Shown in pieces: positions 59,097-64,000 of a stretch of 64,000 nucleotides of DNA (its first letter is position 1; each line of letters starts with the position of its first letter). Location of the stretch: positions 136,539 to 200,538 of the forward strand of contig BOKX01000001.1 in the NCBI GenBank assembly GCA_016861205.1, given 5' to 3'. Made by a program: the position numbers and the translations under genes. The stretch comes from Patescibacteria group bacterium (GTDB lineage: Bacteria > Patescibacteriota > Microgenomatia > UBA1400 > PJMF01). The notes beneath the pieces were generated by a model that worked only from the letters and a program-made list of their open reading frames with translations, ran no database searches and had not been told where the DNA came from.

Positions 59097-60923
59097 ATGC
59101 TAACAACTGCTCAATTGCGAAATATCGCAATTATCGCCCACGTCGACCACGGCAAAACTACCTTGGTTGATGGTCTGCTCAAACAGGCCCATGTGTTTGC
59201 GGCGCACCAAAGTGAGATGACCCAGACAACTATTCTGGATCGTAACGACTTGGAGCGTGAGCGTGGCGTGACTATTTTAGCCAAGAACACCGCCGTCGAG
59301 TGGAATGGTTACAAGGTCAACATTCTCGACACCCCTGGTCACTCAGACTTTAGTGGTGAAGTAGAACGTGTTCTCAACATGGCCGATGGCTGTTTGTTGC
59401 TGGTCGACGCTTCTGAAGGTGTGTTGTCACAAACCCGTTACGTTTTACACTTGGCACTGTCGATTGGTTTGCGCCCGATTGTGGTGATCAACAAAGTAGA
59501 TCGCAAAGACCAACGTGTCAACGAAGTTTTGGAAGAAGTGAATGATTTGTTTTTGGAGCTGGCCCACACGGAAGATCAGCTCGACTTTCCAGTTATCTAC
59601 GCAGTCGGTCGTTCTGGCGTTGCAGGTTATCAGCTCGAACCACAAGCTGATCAATCATTGAAAATAACTGATAGTGAAAGTTTACAGCCATTATTTGAGG
59701 CTATCATTAAACACATTCCCGCACCCACTGGTACTTTGGAAGGTGGTTTCCAGTTTCAAGTCACTAGTTTAGATGCCGATGACTACAAGGGTAAGTACGT
59801 GATTGGTCGGGTTCAGCGCGGCAAAGTGACCAAGGGGCAGCCTTTGGCAATTTTGCACAACCATGCAATGGTAGGTCAGGCTCGGGCAGATTACGTTTTT
59901 GTGCACCAGGGTCTAGGTCGAGTTGAAGTCAGCGAAGCTGGCGTTGGTGATATCGTGGCTTTGACTGGTTTTGGCGCTGCCAAAATTGGTGACACACTGA
60001 CATCGTTAGATCAACAAGATGCTTTGCCACCTCTGCCGATTGCCGAACCTACAGTTCAGATGCAGTTTGCTGTTTCGAACTCACCGTTTGTGGGCCGAGA
60101 TGGTCAGTACAGCACCTCTCGACAAATTTTAGAACGCTTGCAAAAGGAACTTGAAACTAACGTTGGTCTCCGCTTGCAACCAGGTGCGAGTGCCGACAGT
60201 TTCATTGTGTCAGGTCGTGGTGAGTTGCATCTTTCAATTTTGATTGAGACGATGCGTCGCGAAGGTTTTGAGTTCTCAGTTTCACGTCCTGAAGTTATTT
60301 TCAAAGATGGTGCCGAAGGTGTTGAAGAACCATGGGAAGCCATCACCATTGAGGTGCCGGAAGAGTTTACAGGTGTAGTGACCACTGAGATGGGTCAACG
60401 CAAGGCAATTTTCAAAAACATGAAGCCACAAAAAACCGGCATGCGATTTGAGTACGAGATTGCCACTCGTCACTTAATCGGTTTCCGTAGTCAATTTTTG
60501 ACCCAAACTTCTGGTATGGGAGTGGTGCACAGCTTGCCACTTGGATATCGGCCAAAGGGTGACGACATTCCATGGATGCGCAACGGTGTATTGGTAGCTG
60601 CTGAAACTGGAGCCGCTTTGAGTTATGGTTTGCAGAAAGCCCAAGAGCGTGGCGTAACGTTTATTGAACCAGGTACCGAAGTGTACATGGGTATGATCGT
60701 CGGTCAAAACGCAAAAAAAGAAGATATTTTCATGAACGTGACGAAGGGCAAGAAACTCACCAACATGCGCGCAAGTTCGGCTGATGCGACTATTCGAATG
60801 ACTCCCCCAGTTAAAATGTCACTGGAGCAGTGCTTAACATTCTTGGCTCCAGATGAATTGTTGGAAGTGACGCCGCTTAACTTGCGACTGCGCAAGCGTG
60901 ATCTCTCAGTCGCTCAGCGCTAG
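59097..60923 (+). CDS. typA: Translational GTPase TypA/BipA.
   Basis: AIIAHVDHGKTTL. DTPGH. NKVD. EF-G-like domains and a BipA C-terminal domain. 608 aa. Confidence 0.9.
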   Translation: MLTTAQLRNIAIIAHVDHGKTTLVDGLLKQAHVFAAHQSEMTQTTILDRNDLERERGVTILAKNTAVEWNGYKVNILDTPGHSDFSGEVERVLNMADGCLLLVDASEGVLSQTRYVLHLALSIGLRPIVVINKVDRKDQRVNEVLEEVNDLFLELAHTEDQLDFPVIYAVGRSGVAGYQLEPQADQSLKITDSESLQPLFEAIIKHIPAPTGTLEGGFQFQVTSLDADDYKGKYVIGRVQRGKVTKGQPLAILHNHAMVGQARADYVFVHQGLGRVEVSEAGVGDIVALTGFGAAKIGDTLTSLDQQDALPPLPIAEPTVQMQFAVSNSPFVGRDGQYSTSRQILERLQKELETNVGLRLQPGASADSFIVSGRGELHLSILIETMRREGFEFSVSRPEVIFKDGAEGVEEPWEAITIEVPEEFTGVVTTEMGQRKAIFKNMKPQKTGMRFEYEIATRHLIGFRSQFLTQTSGMGVVHSLPLGYRPKGDDIPWMRNGVLVAAETGAALSYGLQKAQERGVTFIEPGTEVYMGMIVGQNAKKEDIFMNVTKGKKLTNMRASSADATIRMTPPVKMSLEQCLTFLAPDELLEVTPLNLRLRKRDLSVAQR

Positions 60924-60960
60924 TTCCCAACCCAGCCACATGGTCTGATAGAATCGGTGG

Positions 60961-61431
60961 ATGAACGATTTTTCCAATCGAACTTTTGTTGATGCTCATC
61001 ACCAAGTCATTCCCTATGATGGTTCGCCGGTGAAGTGGCGTGTGTCCGCGTATGCAGTGGTGATTCGAGATAATCAGTTACTAGTCGTCAAACATAACTG
61101 GCAAACATACTATGATGTTCCTGGTGGTGGTGTCGAACTTGGCGAAACTTTGACTGAGACAGTTGAACGAGAAGGTTTGGAAGAAGCCGGAGCCAAGTTC
61201 AGACTAGGTGATGTTTTTGGGATAAAACAAGATTGGTTTTTTCACCAAGCTGAACACCAGTTTTATCAGGCGTTACAGGTTTTTTATAAAGCGGAACTTC
61301 AAGGTGAGTTGTTGCCACCCACCCAAGCAGACATCGTAGAAGTGACTTGGTTGTCACTCACCGAAAATAGTTTGTCTCAACTGCAGCCAAATGTAGTTGA
61401 ATTGCTTCGAAATGCACACCATGTTACATGA
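60961..61431 (+). CDS. NUDIX hydrolase.
   Basis: GGGVELGETLTETVEREGLEEAG. Confidence 0.8.
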   Translation: MNDFSNRTFVDAHHQVIPYDGSPVKWRVSAYAVVIRDNQLLVVKHNWQTYYDVPGGGVELGETLTETVEREGLEEAGAKFRLGDVFGIKQDWFFHQAEHQFYQALQVFYKAELQGELLPPTQADIVEVTWLSLTENSLSQLQPNVVELLRNAHHVT

Positions 61432-61879
61432 GGTTGCTTCGCCCACTCGTTTCCAAGCTTTAGTTGCGGTGCATTTATTTTTATTTAAGGGTGAGCAAGT
61501 TTTATTGGCTCGACGTTTCCAAACGGGGTATGAAGATGGCAAGTTTTCAGTGCCGGCCGGACATTTGGACGGCAACGAAACTGTCACAACCGCTATGCTT
61601 CGAGAAGCCCGCGAAGAAATCGGTCTTGAGTTGTTGCCGAGCCAGCTGCACTGTAGTCACGTTATGCACCGGTTGGGAAGCGATGAACGCATCGATTTTT
61701 TTATGAGTTGCCATGATTGGACTGGTGAACCAATCATCGGTGAGCCACACAAGTGCAATGAGTTGCGCTGGAGCAGCATTGACGAGCTACCTGACAACAT
61801 AATCCCCTACGTCAAAGCGGCGCTGTTATCAGTTCAAAAAGGCGAGTTTTACTCGGAATTCGGCTGGTTAGACAGGTAG
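61421..61879 (+). CDS. NUDIX hydrolase.
   Basis: GHLDGNETVTTAMLREAREEIGLEL. The ORF track start is 61397; the start is uncertain within 61397-61421. Confidence 0.75.
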   Translation: MLHEVASPTRFQALVAVHLFLFKGEQVLLARRFQTGYEDGKFSVPAGHLDGNETVTTAMLREAREEIGLELLPSQLHCSHVMHRLGSDERIDFFMSCHDWTGEPIIGEPHKCNELRWSSIDELPDNIIPYVKAALLSVQKGEFYSEFGWLDR

Positions 61880-62800
61880 TTTTAACGAAGCAGTTGCTCG
61901 CCTCCACTGGCGATGCCACCAACTTTCTTTCTCGATGCTGAGGTTGGCTACCACGGTAGCTAAGATAATTAACACTCCGCCCAACAATTCATTTGGCAAA
62001 GCTTGTTCGCCGAAGAATAGCAAGCTGAAGAGTGACGCAAAGAAAATTTCGGACGATAAAACCACGGTCCCTAAGTTAAGATCAAAGTTTTGAAATCCGA
62101 TCAGCGTCAGATAGGAAATCGCCACGATTGAAAAGCCAAAAATAGTACCCACTACCCAGGATAAAGGTGAGATGTTGGGAAGGGTTAGTTGCTGAGTGAG
62201 TACGAGAAAGCTGCCCGCTACAGCGATGCCGCCAATCATTTGTAAAACCACTAAAACCATACGGTCAACTTTGCCAGCCAGGTATTTCCGGAAACTGTTC
62301 GCCACTGCATCCATAGCTCCCGATAAAAAGCCCAGCAAAAAGCCTAGTGATAAAATGCCGCCTTCAAATGGGTATGCGTACACAATGAAACCGATTGTGA
62401 CTAACAACAAGCTCGCTACTTTGAAGTTGGTGATTTTTTCTTTAAAGAAGACTATTCCTAAAAGCAGCGATCCGAGCAAGCCGCCCATGTAGAGTGCGAA
62501 AATGGCGGTAACAATTTTGGTGGAAAGCACGGCCAGAGTGTAGAGTACAACTGTTATTGGAAAAGACACCATATACGCTAGTACAAACTTGGTCGGAATC
62601 TTTTTGATTGACGCAAAAGATTGCCGTGTGAATAGCACCAAACTCGCTGCGATTGCGGCGCCAATTACATTGCGAAAAGCGATTTGTTGGTAGGCGGTAA
62701 AGTCATGGTTTAAAAAGCGAACGAAGATGCCAAAAATCCCAAACAGCACTGCACATGCTAAAAGTGCTAGAAAGCCTTTGAGTTGGGGGGAGATGGACAT
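61868..62800 (-). CDS. DMT/EamA-family transporter.
   Basis: Ten TM helices, 310 aa. Confidence 0.7.
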   Translation of the reverse strand: MSISPQLKGFLALLACAVLFGIFGIFVRFLNHDFTAYQQIAFRNVIGAAIAASLVLFTRQSFASIKKIPTKFVLAYMVSFPITVVLYTLAVLSTKIVTAIFALYMGGLLGSLLLGIVFFKEKITNFKVASLLLVTIGFIVYAYPFEGGILSLGFLLGFLSGAMDAVANSFRKYLAGKVDRMVLVVLQMIGGIAVAGSFLVLTQQLTLPNISPLSWVVGTIFGFSIVAISYLTLIGFQNFDLNLGTVVLSSEIFFASLFSLLFFGEQALPNELLGGVLIILATVVANLSIEKESWWHRQWRRATASLKLPV

Positions 62801-62814
62801 AGGCGTTATGGCTA

Positions 62815-63144
62815 CTATGAATGATACGGGTCTGTCATAGCAAAAAATTCAATCCCGGGTTCTTCGTAAGGATGAGCAGCTTTAACTGCTTCGTAAACTG
62901 CTGTGACGTGTTCAGCTTCACACTCCATCTCAATCTTAGCTTCATTCACGAGACTGACCTCGCCAACTTTGCCAATATGTGGGTGGGCATTTGGTCCAGG
63001 CAGCCAAGTACCTTGTCCGCGGTTAATAAAAGCTGTTTGAGTGTAGTCCCCCATCACGCCGGCTCCAGCCTCACTCGCTACCGTGATTAACTTTTGAATC
63101 AGTGCTTGATCATCTGGGCAAAAAATAAAAACTTTATACTTCAT
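62815..63144 (-). CDS. Small PII/CutA-like fold protein (HPYEEP motif).
   Basis: ...VYEAVKAAHPYEEPGIEFFAM resembles the CutA1 C-terminal signature. 109 aa. Confidence 0.35.
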   Translation of the reverse strand: MKYKVFIFCPDDQALIQKLITVASEAGAGVMGDYTQTAFINRGQGTWLPGPNAHPHIGKVGEVSLVNEAKIEMECEAEHVTAVYEAVKAAHPYEEPGIEFFAMTDPYHS

Positions 63145-63602
63145 GCGCCTCGGCCTCGCTGTTGCAAAATAACGATATCGTCTTGGGTAACTTTGGAGAG
63201 TGGCAACTCAGCTGCCTCACTAATACTAAACCAAGCCAGCCGTTCACATTTCTCAGGTTCCTTAACGGTTGGTGTGCCGGAAACAATTTTGCAGATGTAT
63301 GTCGGTGACACCCAATGCTGACCTTCATCGGGTAAAATGTGATCGCAAACCTGGAGCAGTTCCAAAACTTCAATCTCGACCCCAATTTCCTCTTTGATCT
63401 CGCGCTGTAAAGCCTCGGCCAGTTTCTCGCCAAACTCAACTGCTCCACCGGGGATTTCCCATTTGCCGACCTCATTTTTGGCTCGACGGCCACGCAGCGC
63501 TAGCAGGACTTTGCCTTCGTCATTGAAAATAGCGGCTCCGACCCCGACTCCGATCACATCTTTGCCAATGCGATCTTTTGGGAACTGGGGGGTTACTGCC
63601 AT
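63141..63602 (-). CDS. NUDIX hydrolase.
   Basis: GGAVEFGEKLAEALQREIKEEIG. Start trimmed to MAVT. Confidence 0.8.
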   Translation of the reverse strand: MAVTPQFPKDRIGKDVIGVGVGAAIFNDEGKVLLALRGRRAKNEVGKWEIPGGAVEFGEKLAEALQREIKEEIGVEIEVLELLQVCDHILPDEGQHWVSPTYICKIVSGTPTVKEPEKCERLAWFSISEAAELPLSKVTQDDIVILQQRGRGA

Positions 63603-64000
63603 TCCAGGATTATACCCTGTTCGGCTAGTGCCCAACAGAGTTGTTGACACATGGCTCGCCGGTGGGTAACAGTTTGAAAGGTGGTGTGATCGAGGTCAAC
63701 CACGTCCACAACCCGGAATGCTTGGTCTTGATGTGCGGCTCCGTAGCGCCGGCGCAACTCAACAAACTCGCTCAGGTTTTCCACTGGCACAATGTGGTGT
63801 TGTTTCAGTATGTGCGCTAGCTGGTCGGGTTGAATGTGCGTCGGAACCTTGTCACGATAACTACCGTCGGGTCGGCGCATCCAGACGGCGCACACCAGGG
63901 CACCTTGCGAACGGGTTTGTTCGGTGACCTTCAGAAGTGTATCCAGTTTGTCATCGATAATCAGAAAGATAGGTGGTTTGTTATTTTCAGCTAAATTCAA
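63593..64000 (-). CDS. Hypothetical protein, partial (its N-terminus lies beyond the window end).
   Basis: Open frame to the window edge with its stop at 63593. No motif. Confidence 0.4.
   Translation of the reverse strand: MNLAENNKPPIFLIIDDKLDTLLKVTEQTRSQGALVCAVWMRRPDGSYRDKVPTHIQPDQLAHILKQHHIVPVENLSEFVELRRRYGAAHQDQAFRVVDVVDLDHTTFQTVTHRRAMCQQLCWALAEQGIILEWQ

Overview
This 64 kb window is gene-dense bacterial chromosome at about 50% GC. Nearly all coding runs are read through without gaps, and both strands are used. The gene content looks like a small-genome bacterium: many NUDIX hydrolases, a secreted thermonuclease, a PMT/ArnT-like glycosyltransferase, an archaeal-type CoA fusion enzyme, an ELP3 homologue and a class II photolyase. 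Phylum cannot be determined from sequence alone; CPR/Saccharibacteria-like or Chloroflexi-like are both plausible.

Main contents, left to right:
- A partial giant repetitive secreted surface protein on the minus strand (1..4946; no stop is reached before the window edge, which is why the ORF track misses it).
- An F1 ATP synthase block alpha-gamma-beta on the plus strand. Epsilon is encoded antisense and convergent, with overlapping stop codons. No Fo or stator genes (a, c, b, delta) are adjacent. Alpha has a shortened N-terminus. Immediately upstream is an odd 271-aa membrane protein whose C-terminal hairpin resembles subunit c but lacks the carboxylate.
- Ten tRNA genes: Arg-TCG, Leu-CAG, Leu-GAG, Val-TAC, Phe-GAA, Gly-GCC, Gln-TTG, Leu-TAA, Pro-TGG, Gly-TCC. 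A ~65-bp tandem duplication spans the 3' end of tRNA-Arg.
- A DNA-repair-rich minus-strand block: recQ, rarA, an MutY-like glycosylase without the Fe-S cluster, and a class II CPD photolyase.
- Five NUDIX hydrolases, two of them as tandem pairs.
- A bacterial ELP3 homologue.
- An HNH endonuclease abutting tRNA-Leu(TAA).
- A large serine recombinase overlapping tRNA-Pro, followed by about 4 kb of low-GC cargo of unknown genes. The cargo includes a small protein-kinase-like ORF. It is followed by a small-ORF plus Y-family polymerase cassette.
- A stand-alone Cas4-like PD-(D/E)XK nuclease / unknown / RadC-JAB trio.

The most unusual things here are the non-canonical F1 arrangement and the tRNA-Pro integrative island. 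All functional calls are motif-based readings of the sequence; no database search could be run.
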